A stretch of 64,000 nt of DNA from Phoronis australis (taxonomy: Eukaryota; Animalia; Phoronida). The stretch is taken from NCBI GenBank assembly GCA_002633005.1, contig NMRA01000647.1, positions 1 to 64,000 of the forward strand, given 5' to 3'. The notes beneath the pieces are model-generated. The model did not search any database and was not told the DNA's origin. It saw nothing but the letters and a program-made list of their open reading frames with translations. Shown in pieces: positions 11,201 to 21,165 of this stretch; position 1 is the first letter of the stretch, and every line of letters begins with the position of its first letter. The translations under genes were made by a program, and so were the position numbers.

Positions 11201-14002
11201 CTGCTGTACGTCACACATGATGGCAACAGGTCTCTGACGGAAGCGCAGTAGGATGTCCAGTAAACTGTTCATCTGGTCGGGTCCAGCTAATAGATTCTTA
11301 TTAAGAGAGGTGCCTTTATATTCCGCAGAAGCATCGAACACTACTCTAACTTGGTCGGGCTTCTTCGGATGATACACTGCAAAGTGTGGGAGGTACCAAA
11401 CCCCTCCTGGAGGTGTCTCAATATCTTCATCCTCTACTACAGAAGCATCACCATTGTCGATAAGCTTCCCCATGAACTCTCTGTAATGAGCCTCTAGTTT
11501 AGGCTTGCGCTTGAATGATGCTTGTAGGTTCCTAAACCTGCTGAGAGCACTGGGTCTGTTGTTTGGCAGAGATCTCGAGTCATCCTTGAATGGTAGCGGC
11601 ATCTCCCAATGACCTTGTTCGGTTTCATGGATCCCTCTTTCCATGATATCCAGGAAACGCCTATCTTCCACTGACAACCCGGGTTCACAATCTTTATCAG
11701 TTGTTGCGAAAAGGTCTGGCACTTCGTCGACGTTATACTGATTAGGACAAAAACCAACTTCATGGGAGGATGTACTTAAGGTGGATACATGCAATGCTCC
11801 GCCAACTCCGTCCAAACACATTTGCCCGAGAACAGTCCAGCCCAGGAACAAACGTTGAGCCCAAGGCGACCCTGGAGGACCATTCTTGAAACTTCGAACT
11901 TTTAGCATCTCTGGGGCGTCGCGCCCAAGTAAGATCTGTACCTTGACATCTTGATCTAGTTTAGGTATCTCGTCTGTGAGTCCCTTCAAGTGGGGGTGGT
12001 GACGAACTAGGTCTGGAGTTGGCACCTCGGACTTGTCCCTAGGAATGTGCTCACATTCCAAAAGTGCTGGCAGGCGTGCTTCCTTTCCAGTTAAAGACCT
12101 AACGACAATTTTGTCTGTTCTCCTTCCAAGACATGTTTTTGTGCCGCTGCACGTGGTCAGAACGTAACCCTGTTCTTCGCCCTCTATCTCCAAGTCATCT
12201 AGCAGCTCAGGACTGATCAAAGACGAATTACTTTGATCATCATGTATTATGTAGACTCTTTTACGGTTCTCTGGTGACTCAGCCGAATAAACTTCCGCAA
12301 GGATGATTTTGCTACAAGAAGGACTGCTTTTCCCACTGCAAACCATGGTACACTTAGTAGTCACATCTGAGGTCTTTCCCTCCTCGCCATTCTTGTTAGT
12401 AGTCGCACCTGAGGTCTTTCCCTCCTCGCCATTCTTGTGCATCACCGTGAGATGAAGCTTGCTGTCACACTCTTTGCAGACGATTTCCGCTGTGCAGTTT
12501 TCAGCCTTGTGGCGTCCGACAAGACACTTGTAACAAAGCCCGGCTTTACGAATGACGGCGTTTTTATCTCTCAGAGATTTCTTCTTGAAGACATGACACT
12601 GGGTTAAATCGTGCTTGCTCGACTCGTGAATGGGGCAGCTAGTGGAAAGCTCAGATGTCTCAGTTTTAAGTACTCTGCTTTTGACTTGCTTGTCATCAGG
12701 TCTGTACCAAGTAACACTGGGATGGTTCTTCAGGGTTGCCTGCTCGGTGACCATTTCACAAAAACGTCTGAAAGGAGGGTATTCTCCACAATTCTTTCTC
12801 GCAAAACCAACAACTATCTTGTTCCACTTCGTTTGGAGAGACGAGGGACACGCTGAGATGATTGTGTTCATGGTGGCCGAGTAATCTAGGCAATTCAAGG
12901 CTGGGAGTATGATCTGCTGGCTAAGTACGTCTTCGCACAAATCCGCAAAGTCTTGAAGTTTTCGGTGTTGGGAATCACTGAACTTCGCCGTTGTCTTCAG
13001 TCTCTCCAAAAAGCTGTTAGAGATGACACTTACATTCCCAAATCTCTCTTCCAGTGCCCTCCATGCATCGTCTAGGGCCTTTGCAGGATCCAGGTGTTGC
13101 CTTTTACGGTGGCTTGCGATAAGATTCTTTGGGCGTCCTGACGTAAATTCGAGAAGATAGTTAATTTCTTGCTCCGGGTCAATTGCTGCTTCCCTAATCA
13201 TTGCTCTAAAGGCATTGCGCCATGGGTAGAAGGTTGTAGCATCACCTGCGAATACATCTGGGTGGCACTTTGGTAATGACTGTCGTGCTAGTGATGTAAC
13301 CAATCGTTCGGTGATATTGGGCTGTAGAACAGAGGGTGTGAACTCGTGAGCCACTGGGCTCAGAGTGGACGTCTGTGGGTTTTCTAAAGGTGTATGTTTG
13401 TATACATCTGGCGGATCATGCTTGGATCCTGAAATCTGCTGAAAGGTGGAACATGCGGTCTGGGCTGGGACCTGATGAACTGGCATGAAAACTGGAGGTG
13501 ATGTCGTAACATGAGTGTCATCTGGGGGATGAAGTGGCTGGAGATTTGGCGAAACTGGACTTAAGTACGGCATCGAAGGTGAGGGCCGGGGAACATCTTC
13601 CCCGAGAGGGGGAAGTGAGGACTTTTGGAAAACATTGGAGCGTGTATCCTCGACCCATTCGCTGGTCCTCTGTTGGACTATTTGTTTGGGGATTACAAGG
13701 TGAACGCGTTCGTCTTCTTCCTTATCAATTGCCTCATTGATTGCTCTTAGTTCAGCCGCCGCCACCGCCTCGGACTCCAAAGCCCTCAACTCGGCCAATC
13801 TTCGCTCGTGCTCGATCTGCCGGATTTCTCTATTGGCTCTTTCTTGGACCTCTGCTAGCTTGATTTTGGCTTCAGCCTCTGCCATTTCCTTTTGGAAAGC
13901 CATGCGGGAACGCTCCATTGCGAGTTTTGCCATGGCCTTTCTTCTAGCTAGGCTTGATGATGTCGACGACAGACTGAGTGTGTCTACTTCGTGGTTCTCC
14001 AT
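8273..14002 (-). CDS. BEL/Pao gag-pol polyprotein (1909 aa, uninterrupted)
   Basis: Gag Cys/His knuckles (CPIH..HDLTQC, CYKCLVGRHKAENC, CKECDSKLH), protease IIHDDQSNSS, RT WYLPHFAV/RVVFDAS/FYVDDGL, RNase H LHTFSDAS/YTDSKVVL/NPADIGTRG, integrase HHQG..CVTC, CDVFGP, CDQGTNF, GGVWERM. Confidence 0.97.
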   Translation of the reverse strand: MENHEVDTLSLSSTSSSLARRKAMAKLAMERSRMAFQKEMAEAEAKIKLAEVQERANREIRQIEHERRLAELRALESEAVAAAELRAINEAIDKEEDERVHLVIPKQIVQQRTSEWVEDTRSNVFQKSSLPPLGEDVPRPSPSMPYLSPVSPNLQPLHPPDDTHVTTSPPVFMPVHQVPAQTACSTFQQISGSKHDPPDVYKHTPLENPQTSTLSPVAHEFTPSVLQPNITERLVTSLARQSLPKCHPDVFAGDATTFYPWRNAFRAMIREAAIDPEQEINYLLEFTSGRPKNLIASHRKRQHLDPAKALDDAWRALEERFGNVSVISNSFLERLKTTAKFSDSQHRKLQDFADLCEDVLSQQIILPALNCLDYSATMNTIISACPSSLQTKWNKIVVGFARKNCGEYPPFRRFCEMVTEQATLKNHPSVTWYRPDDKQVKSRVLKTETSELSTSCPIHESSKHDLTQCHVFKKKSLRDKNAVIRKAGLCYKCLVGRHKAENCTAEIVCKECDSKLHLTVMHKNGEEGKTSGATTNKNGEEGKTSDVTTKCTMVCSGKSSPSCSKIILAEVYSAESPENRKRVYIIHDDQSNSSLISPELLDDLEIEGEEQGYVLTTCSGTKTCLGRRTDKIVVRSLTGKEARLPALLECEHIPRDKSEVPTPDLVRHHPHLKGLTDEIPKLDQDVKVQILLGRDAPEMLKVRSFKNGPPGSPWAQRLFLGWTVLGQMCLDGVGGALHVSTLSTSSHEVGFCPNQYNVDEVPDLFATTDKDCEPGLSVEDRRFLDIMERGIHETEQGHWEMPLPFKDDSRSLPNNRPSALSRFRNLQASFKRKPKLEAHYREFMGKLIDNGDASVVEDEDIETPPGGVWYLPHFAVYHPKKPDQVRVVFDASAEYKGTSLNKNLLAGPDQMNSLLDILLRFRQRPVAIMCDVQQMFYCFKVDKSDRNFLRFLWFDNNDPKESMREYQMNVHVFGNCSSPAVATFGLRKTADLGLNTFGSEARTFIHKSFYVDDGLTSVDTPEQAVDLIKRSQALLAQRNIRLHKVSSNDMTVVSALPEEDRANDIRSLNLHQDVLPIQRSLGVYWNLKEDVFTFQVSLPGKPFSRRGVLAIVNSVYDPLGIAGPVVIEGRKILQTIIQDARDKKNPVGWDEPLPETLHQEWQSWRNGLQDLETVKLDRCYCPKDFVPIVTELHTFSDASFSAIAAVCFLRFIDDKDEVHVTFCHGKTKVTPLKTTTMPRLELCAAVLGTQVTHKVKTALELQIDRTFFYTDSKVVLGYIQNEARRFYVYVANRVQQIRTVSHPSQWRYVNTTTNPADIGTRGTTPSLLLDSSWLQGPDFLRLPEVTVPSNPPTDELMLDDPEVRKDVTTLASSTYKAVGLAEAFGDVQPVVGNVPASTPEADRVEEERIDDTNQRCLESNRFDRFSSWTRLIRAVARLIDLVRVHKGEKDLRSKVDSKEKAVITVIKAVQRESFGDTIARLQQHQESHAKGRSTLSDLDPFIDEEGLVRVGGRLRRSRLIYAEKHPIVLPKGHHITRLVIQHYHELVHHQGRSITHGAVRQAGFWIVGGHSQVSSVLHSCVTCRRLRHKLSTQKMGDLPQERLEPTPPFTHVGCDVFGPWEVLTRKTRGGSASSKRWGLVFTCLASRAIHIELLESMDTDSFLCALRRFIAIRGDVKQIVCDQGTNFKGGESELKKAGFDYITWKFNPPHASHFGGVWERMIGTIRRVLDGMLIGLGKHQLTHELLSTLLAEVTSIVNARPISAIPSDIDEPQPLSPSMLLTLKRRPITQAQGNFVPEDLRVYGRRRWRRVQYLADQFWLRWRREYLHDQQSRRKWEHPRRNVSIDDVVLIREKEVTRNEWPLGRVVEVFGSEDGLVRKVRVETVRGGNRKSFDRPVQELVVLLESEKQ

Positions 14003-14193
14003 TGTGGTTGCAGATTTGTCTTTTCTCCGAGATAGTTACAGACATTCACTTCTCATTCGTGTTTGTGGGATTCAGTTCGTCGGTGTTGGTAGAAGTTTCT
14101 GATCATCAGCGTTGACTGACTACCACTGTCGGCGTTGATCGACTTCCACCATCGGCGTTGATAGACTCACCATCGGCGTAAACAGTCTTTCAC

Positions 14194-14809
14194 TGTCCTG
14201 GCTGGCTGCCAGGGGTGTCAACCAAACAAAGAGGAGACTTTAAAATACTTTATTCTATCTTCTCTCAAATGGTGAACTACAAAAAGATAAAAAAGAACTA
14301 ATAAATGCGCGTAACAACATATGGGCGAACATTCGAAACTTTACGGTACAAAACAAGGAAACGTGGAAAAGACCAGAATAAACTAAAACATCCTTAAAAT
14401 AATGTCCAAAGTGTCACTTTAATATCACTGGCTCACGAAGATCCTCAAACGTCAATGACCAACGAAGGTCAAAATGCGCGATAATAATGTGACCGGCTAC
14501 CAAAGTGCACAATGCGCAATAATTCGACTGCTTACGGTAGATTCCATGTGAGCACATCAAAAGTTGAAAATAACGTCGAAAAATCCACAATTCTTGCAGA
14601 ATCAATATAACTAACACTATCTATAGTATCTTGTGTAAACGTTTAAAAACTTACAGACTATGAACTCGTCCGAAGCGTGAGATATCACAACTAATTCAGA
14701 ATCCAGTAAAACATCGTTTGCTGACTTGATTTCTAATATGGCGACCAGACAGCACCACCTAGTGTAGTGGCGAACGACGCGCGCTCTAACGACTAGCGAT
14801 AAAAACACT
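14194..14809 (-). repeat. 5' LTR of the BEL element (outer ~22 bp lost in the N gap)
   Basis: Direct repeat of 7546-8161. On the minus strand it is followed by GTGAAAAGACTG rather than a TGG-type primer-binding site. Confidence 0.92.
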
Positions 14810-15559
14810 NNNNNNNNNNNNNNNNNNNNNNNNNNNNNNNNNNNNNNNNNNNNNNNNNNNNNNNNNNNNNNNNNNNNNNNNNNNNNNNNNNNNNNNNNNN
14901 NNNNNNNNNNNNNNNNNNNNNNNNNNNNNNNNNNNNNNNNNNNNNNNNNNNNNNNNNNNNNNNNNNNNNNNNNNNNCCCCCTCGCCATTGCGAATTGTAT
15001 GGTGCCGTAGTCATGCCACTCGCAGTCTGTCCTTCAACCTTTCGCCATCAATTTTGCGACCGTTCCCGTCGTCAAATGCCAAGTCTAATTTTATTCCTCC
15101 CCCGAAAATCCTAGCACGCAATGTAATTAAGAAACATATTCGACACAAAAGCACAACCTTGACAAAAACCTGCGAGGAAATCAAGCCATGAGTGCAGGTT
15201 CAGCGGTCAGTGGTAGCATATGCAGGGGTAACCCCGCGGACATTTAATGACTCAATAACCGCAGTCCAACCGAGTCCAACCTAGGCCAGTCTGAGGGTGA
15301 GTCACAACCCAACCGAGTTCAGAACGCGTCCGGGCGAAGCCTGACCTCACTCCGGTTGAAGGTCACCCGAGGCCTGACTGAGGCTGAAGTTCGTTCGATA
15401 GGACGTTGGATTCGATCAGCACTGTACACTCACTCTAGCCACAGGCAAAGGAGCATTTCAAAAGAATACCAACATTACACTGTATATTTTTTATGTTTAC
15501 CATTGGTCTTCAAGCCCAATATGAATATCTTTCTATAAAAAACTGAGGGCAACTCATGG

Positions 15560-16940
15560 ACAAAAGCTATTGTCTGCATAGAGCATCCGGGGAGCTAGGG
15601 CATTGGCTTGTTAGAAGCAGGCAATCAAATGCTGTGCCATATGGTTGTAGCACCCTTTGTACTCTGACGCCACCACAACCATCGTCAGCAACTGGCCAAA
15701 CTTGTTCAGAACACTGGTGACGTACTGCATCATTCCCTGACAATCACCGTAGACTTACTTGAGGATATGAAATGTCCACAACAAAATATTTGGAGCGTAG
15801 CACAGATATCAAGCACCCCCTATCAAAGAAACCTATGTGAAAAGAACACAGACTAAACTTTCGCCTCCTTCACTCTGATGCGTGTTTGGAACGGATGCTG
15901 TGATTGTAGTGGGTATTGGGGGAGGGTGAAAGTCCACCTCGCCCTTGACGTTCCTGTACGAATTTGTTTCGCTGAATACACAAACAAATAACTGGTCCAA
16001 TTCATGTTTGGTGCTGAGGTAACATCATCTGATGGTAACACTTCCACAACTTCTGCCACCCTTCCAGAACAAGGGATTCGTCTGATTGCAGTTTGTGTAC
16101 TGGAGTAAAGACAGGTTGGGACGAATGCGATATGGACGTAATAATTTCTTTCAGTGTTGCCATCTGGTTAGACACAGTCATATTCCGACTTTTCCAGCAT
16201 CTTTTCTTTAATACAATTCATTATACTAGGCCATCTAAGGGAATGTATTCAATTCAGTGACAAGCTCAGCTATGAAACACAGGACTCTTCACCCTTTTTG
16301 ACATAATATTCCTTATATCTAAAGTTTGTAGACCAGCAGTATGCACATATGCCTAAAAGTTCCTCCTACTCCTCAGGGTCGGTGTACTGCTGCACCTCCG
16401 GAATAGGGGCAGTGAAGTTTGGCTCGAAGAGGTGATCTTTCCCGAACAACACTTCAGATTGTTGGTTTAGGCGTTGAATCTGTCTGGAATTGAGGCACGA
16501 TGTCAATCGGCCCGACCTCCAGCCACACGAAGAGGCTCCTTCCGATGGTTCCAGTGCACAACGAATGCGGTGAACTACACCTGAAACACACGGTAGATTT
16601 GACAACATGGAAAGATGTGTTTTCCATGAAATCACAATTCATCACTGCACCGCTAAAAAGAGCAACGTTAACCTTGCACTTATTCTATACCGGATGTCCC
16701 ACAGAGATATGCATATTTTGTCCTGATAGAAGGTACAAAAATTAAGAGAAATCTGTCTCCATTAAGAGGTCTGCAATGATGTAATGCCACATCTTTGAGA
16801 TGACACATCGTTTTATCAGTGGGCATAGAGTTCCTTCAGTGAATTTGTACCCCTGCAACACCTATATTTCTTCAGCTGTACACTGTTCATAGTCACCAGT
16901 TTAGTATAGACATACTGTGTGATCCCTTGTGGATCCTGGA
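15560..16940 (-). pseudogene. Degenerate transposase paralogue fragments (C-terminal exons of one copy followed by the N-terminal part of the next)
   Basis: Minus-strand translations: DPQGI..KLVTMNSVQLKKYRCCRGTNSL (~16935-16800), RQIQRLNQQSEVLFGKDHLFEPNF (~16490-16370), LVLEGWQKLW (~16070), MQYVTSVLNKFGQLLTMVVVASE..MLYADNS (~15735-15565). All are homologous to the 21.2-26.2 kb gene but carry stops, frameshifts and deletions. Confidence 0.85.
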
Positions 16941-18832
16941 GGGCAGTTAGAAAAAGTTAACATTTCATGATTAAAGTGCAAGCTAATGAAAACAACTGAT
17001 GAAAAACGACAACTTCAGACAACTAGCTCACTTAGAAACTGCAGTCCACTCGCAAACAGGATTGTGATGGCAATTCTTATACCAGACTCACAAAGTGGGG
17101 AGTTTTCAGTGAATAGAGGGCTATATATTAAGCGCGGAGTATTGGATTTGTGCTCGACTGCATGGACAGAGACTCCACACTGATACAGGCTTTCTCTCGG
17201 TGGCATTTAGCAGCCTTTTGCTCTATCATTGTGTATCATACTTCGGCACGTGCAACGGGTGGTATACTAGAGGGCAGAGTTTGTGCGGCTCGACCTTTGG
17301 CGCTGCAGTTACCAGTAAGTCAGATCTTTTGTCTTCTTTCAAGAAAATTAACGGAATTGATTTGATGTTGATGTTAGCCAGCGGCATGTTCAAGTTGCAA
17401 AATATCTGGCCGTCACGTACACGGCTCGAAATTGGCTGGTTCAGGCATCTGATGGCACTGACAGACTTGGTAGGCGAAGACGTCTGACTGCGGTTTCTCG
17501 ACATCTTTATCAACAGGTATAGAAGCCTGGACTATTCCGTTATGGTGGCAGCTTGAACAAACCTCATCCAGTCGATTTTTTTGAGCCGAGCTGCTTTCAG
17601 GAGATTCACGACCAAAAGAATCTGTCAAACAAAGTATGGTCCCACTTAGACTCGGGACTTTTACAGAGAGTTCCGAGTAGTCGTGGTCGTTCAAGAGGGC
17701 TGCGGTGCTTGCATTCCGCTTGACCTATTGTCAGGAGTTAACATAACCCCAACAATAAGGGAGAACAACACCGGAAATTTAAGTTTCATCTCATTGGCAA
17801 TGATGGTTTAGTCAAACTGGAATAACGTGTCATAAGAGTTTTTTTTTTTCTTGCAATTGAGAAATACATCCATGCTTTGAGCCAGTTATGGATTCGGCTA
17901 TAGCATCATTTTCCTTCATACGTTGTTCTGTAATGGCATATTTGAGTTCTTCATACTTCAAAATACTAGAAGCTCTTTCAACAACCTTCTTTTCAGACGA
18001 AGATGCACTTGTAGATTTCGAGAAGTGTTCAGTGCTAAATCACTGCAAATGTTCTCATCAGCTGGTCCGCGTTTCTGTACTTCTTGAACAGCTGATGCTG
18101 GCTGGAGCTCAATAAGTTTGCGACGGGTTTCTCTGCGCTGGTCACCTCTCACTTCAGATCTGGCCGAGGGTAGAGTTGGGCTCTCCACCGCACAACGTTT
18201 GGGTCTGTACAACTTCTGAGTTCGTTTAATTTTTTATTTGAAATGAGTCACTTTGGTGTGAATCGTCTGTAAGAGTCTTCCACAATTTATGCAGATAATC
18301 CCCTCAAAAATATTGACACCACCATACAATGCTAAATGTTTCAATAACAGAAAAACGTCCCTTGGTGAGTGAACAGTTGCAGACACAGCAAGATCGAGTC
18401 TGAGTCTTCACAGGTGTATTAGCCTACTTGACATGCCTTGATCACCTGAAAAGTTTGAACTGTATCTTAATAACTTATCAAACACAAGCACAGTCTTCAG
18501 CCTCTGGCTCACACAAACACTATCTGACATGATATTAGACAAAGTAACAATTGATCACATCAAAAACCTAAAAACACTCTGGCGAAGTTGTAGCGAAGGC
18601 TGTAATGACAGAAGTCAATAAAAAGGCAAGGCTAATCAGCTTGGCACCACAGGCGCTTACCACGGTATTTTTTTAAACATAGGGCTACCCAACACGCTCG
18701 CGCTTGAACTTGGCTTACTAGCCAGCTTGGCGCCGTTCCCAGATCCAACTATGACGACTTAGAAAGTTCACAATTTCGAACTTTCTACAACTAACGTGAA
18801 CATAATACGTCTGAAATCAGTAAGTTAGATTC

Positions 18833-20466
18833 ACTTGTTCAGAACACTGGTGACGTACTGGATCTTTCCCTAACAATCACCGTATATTTTCTTGGGGATA
18901 TGAAATGTCGACAACAAAATATTTGGAGCGTAGCACAGATGTCAAGAACCCCCTGTCAAGGAAATCTATGTGAAAAGAACACTAAACTTTCGCCTCCTTC
19001 ACTCTGACGCATGGTACAAAACAACATGTTTGGAACAGATGCTGTGATTCTTAGTGGGTATTGGTGGAGGGTGAAAGTCCACCTCACCCTTGACGTTCCT
19101 GTACGAATTTGTTTCACCGAATACCCGTACAAATCACTGGTCCAATTCATATTTGGTGCTGAGGTAACATCATCTGATGGCAACACTTCCCAAAACTTCT
19201 ACCACCCTTCCATAACAAGCGATTCTTCTGTTGGCAGTTCGTCTACTGGAGTAAAGACGGGTTGGGACGAATACGATGTGGACGGAAGAATGTCTTTCAA
19301 TGCTGCCATCTGGTTAGACGCAGGCATATTCAGACTTTTCCAGCATCTCCTCTTTAATACAAATTATTATACTAGGCCATCTAAGGGAATGTATTCAATT
19401 CAATGACAACCTCAGTTATGAAACAAAGGACTCATCGCCCTTTTTGACATAATATTCCTTATATCTAAAGTTTAGACCAGCAGTACGCACATTCTAAGCC
19501 TAAAAGTTACTCCTACTCCTCAGGGTCGGTGTACTGCTGCATGTCCGGAATAGGGGCAGTGAAGTTTGGCTCGAAGAGGTGATCTTTCCCGAACAACACC
19601 TCAGATTGCTGGTTTAGGCGTTGAATCTGTCTGGAATTGAGGCACGATGTCAATCGGCCCCGACCTCCAGCCACACGAAGAGACTCCTTCTGTTGGTTCC
19701 AGTGCACAGCGAATGCGGTGAAGTACACCTGAAACACGGTAGATTTGACAACATAGAAAGATATGTTTTCCATGAAATCAAAATTCATCACTTCACAGCT
19801 AAAAAGAGCAACGTTAACCTTGTACTTATTCTATTCCAGATGTCCCACAGAGATATGCATATTTTGTCCTGATAGAAGGTACAAAAATTAAAAGAAATCG
19901 GTCTCCATTAAGAGGTCTGCAATGATGTAATGCCACATCTTTGAGATGACACATCGTTTTATCAGTGGGCATAGAGTTCCTTCAGTGAATTTGTACCCCT
20001 GCAACACCTATATTTCTTCAGCTGTACACTGTTCATAGTCACCAGTTTAGTATAGACATACTGTGTGATGCCTTGTGGATCCTGGATGGCAGTTAGAAAA
20101 AGCTAACATTTCATGATTAAAGTGCAAGCTAATGAAAACAACTGATGAAAAACGACAACTTCAGACAACTAGCTCACTTAGAAACTGCAGTCCACTCGCA
20201 AACAGGATTGTGATGGCAATTCTTAAACCAGACTCACAAAGTGGGGAGTTTTCAGTGAATAGAGGGCTATATATTAAGCGCGGGGTATTGGATTTGTGCT
20301 CGACTGCATGGACAGAGACTCCACACTGATACAGGCTTTCTCTAGGTGGCATTTAGCAGCCTTGTGCTCTATCTCTGTGTATTGTACTTCGGCACGTGCA
20401 ACGGGTGGTAGACTAGAGTGCAGAGTTTGTGCGGCTCGACCTTTGGCGCTGCAGTTACCAGTAAGT
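18833..20466 (-). pseudogene. Second copy of a ~1.63-kb segmental duplication (partner 15700-17320) of degenerate transposase fragments
   Basis: Collinear with 15700-17320 from ACTTGTTCAGAACACTGGTGACG to TTACCAGTAAGT. The ORF pairs 16986/20132, 17015/20161 and 16366/19513 are near-identical. Confidence 0.9.
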
Positions 20467-20474
20467 ATGGGTAC

Positions 20475-20690
20475 CTAATACAAGTTGGTGCACATGTTGA
20501 GAAGGTCAATGCCGCCCATAAACTTATTGTACTCCTCTATGATCTTCGGTCTGTTGATTTCTACATACTGCTTGTCCTTATTCCAGCGTCGAGGTTTGGT
20601 TACCGGTTCCACACCAATGTATGATGAAATTAAGGACACTACTTTATCATCGTGCCAGCGCACACAAACAACATTGGTCTTCTCCTCCAT
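20475..20690 (-). mobile_element. piggyBac (PGBD-like) transposase fragment
   Basis: VVCVRWHDDKVVSLISSYIGVEPVTKPRRWNKDKQYVEINRPKIIEEYNKFMGGIDLL matches the conserved W-x-D-x-K...Y-N-x-x-M-G-G-(V/I)-D block of piggyBac transposases; no TIRs seen. Confidence 0.85.
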
Positions 20691-21165
20691 ACTGTCATTT
20701 TAATCACGGCTGTCTATGTTATCATTACTCGTTTCACTGTACTTTTGTACTTTGGACACAGAAACAGCATTGATCATGTCACTTAAAGAGTTACGTCATT
20801 CGTGTCGACTGCTCGTTTACTACAAACGATGGCTGGGAATAGGTTCCTAATAGCAGGGGCAAGGCTAATCAGGATGGCAGAACTGTGAGAGTGCCAGCTA
20901 TACTGCTGCAGCTTTCTATCTGACAAGGCTTCCTCCTCCTGTTTGTCCTCGTCACTAGTTTCGTCACGCTGGCCACAAAGGCCATAGCAATAGCTACAGA
21001 ACAGTCGCTCCGAAAGCAAGATATAATTCGAGTGTGCCCCACAAACTAGCCTCAGGAAGGAGCCGTATCCCCACTTTACAAGGAAAGTGTCTGGAGGTGC
21101 GGGACAGTTTCGATTTGGACATCTTACCCTGGCTTCCATTAGCCCAGCAGGTCTCCATAGGAAGA
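20690..21165 (-). pseudogene. Truncated extra copy of the transposase Cys-rich N-terminal exon
   Basis: MEARVRCPNRNCPAPPDTFLVKWGYGSF..ERLFCSYC..PAIRNLFPAIVCSKRAVD is a paralogue of 23788..24519, with stops near its end. Confidence 0.88.

Larger units (their letters stand above)
7546..14809 (-). mobile_element. BEL/Pao LTR retrotransposon, full length, nested in the DNA transposon
   Basis: Two direct LTRs flank a single gag-pol ORF with BEL/Pao domain order PR-RT-RH-IN. The TSD is hidden by the flanking N gaps. Confidence 0.96.

Noticed and set aside
8266-14102. Many short plus-strand ORFs
   Set aside because: Antisense shadows of the BEL polyprotein.
17200-17315. Insulin B-chain-like LCGSTF after a hydrophobic stretch
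   Set aside because: No ATG in frame, no second Cys before the donor, no A chain, and the duplicate copy has an in-frame stop.
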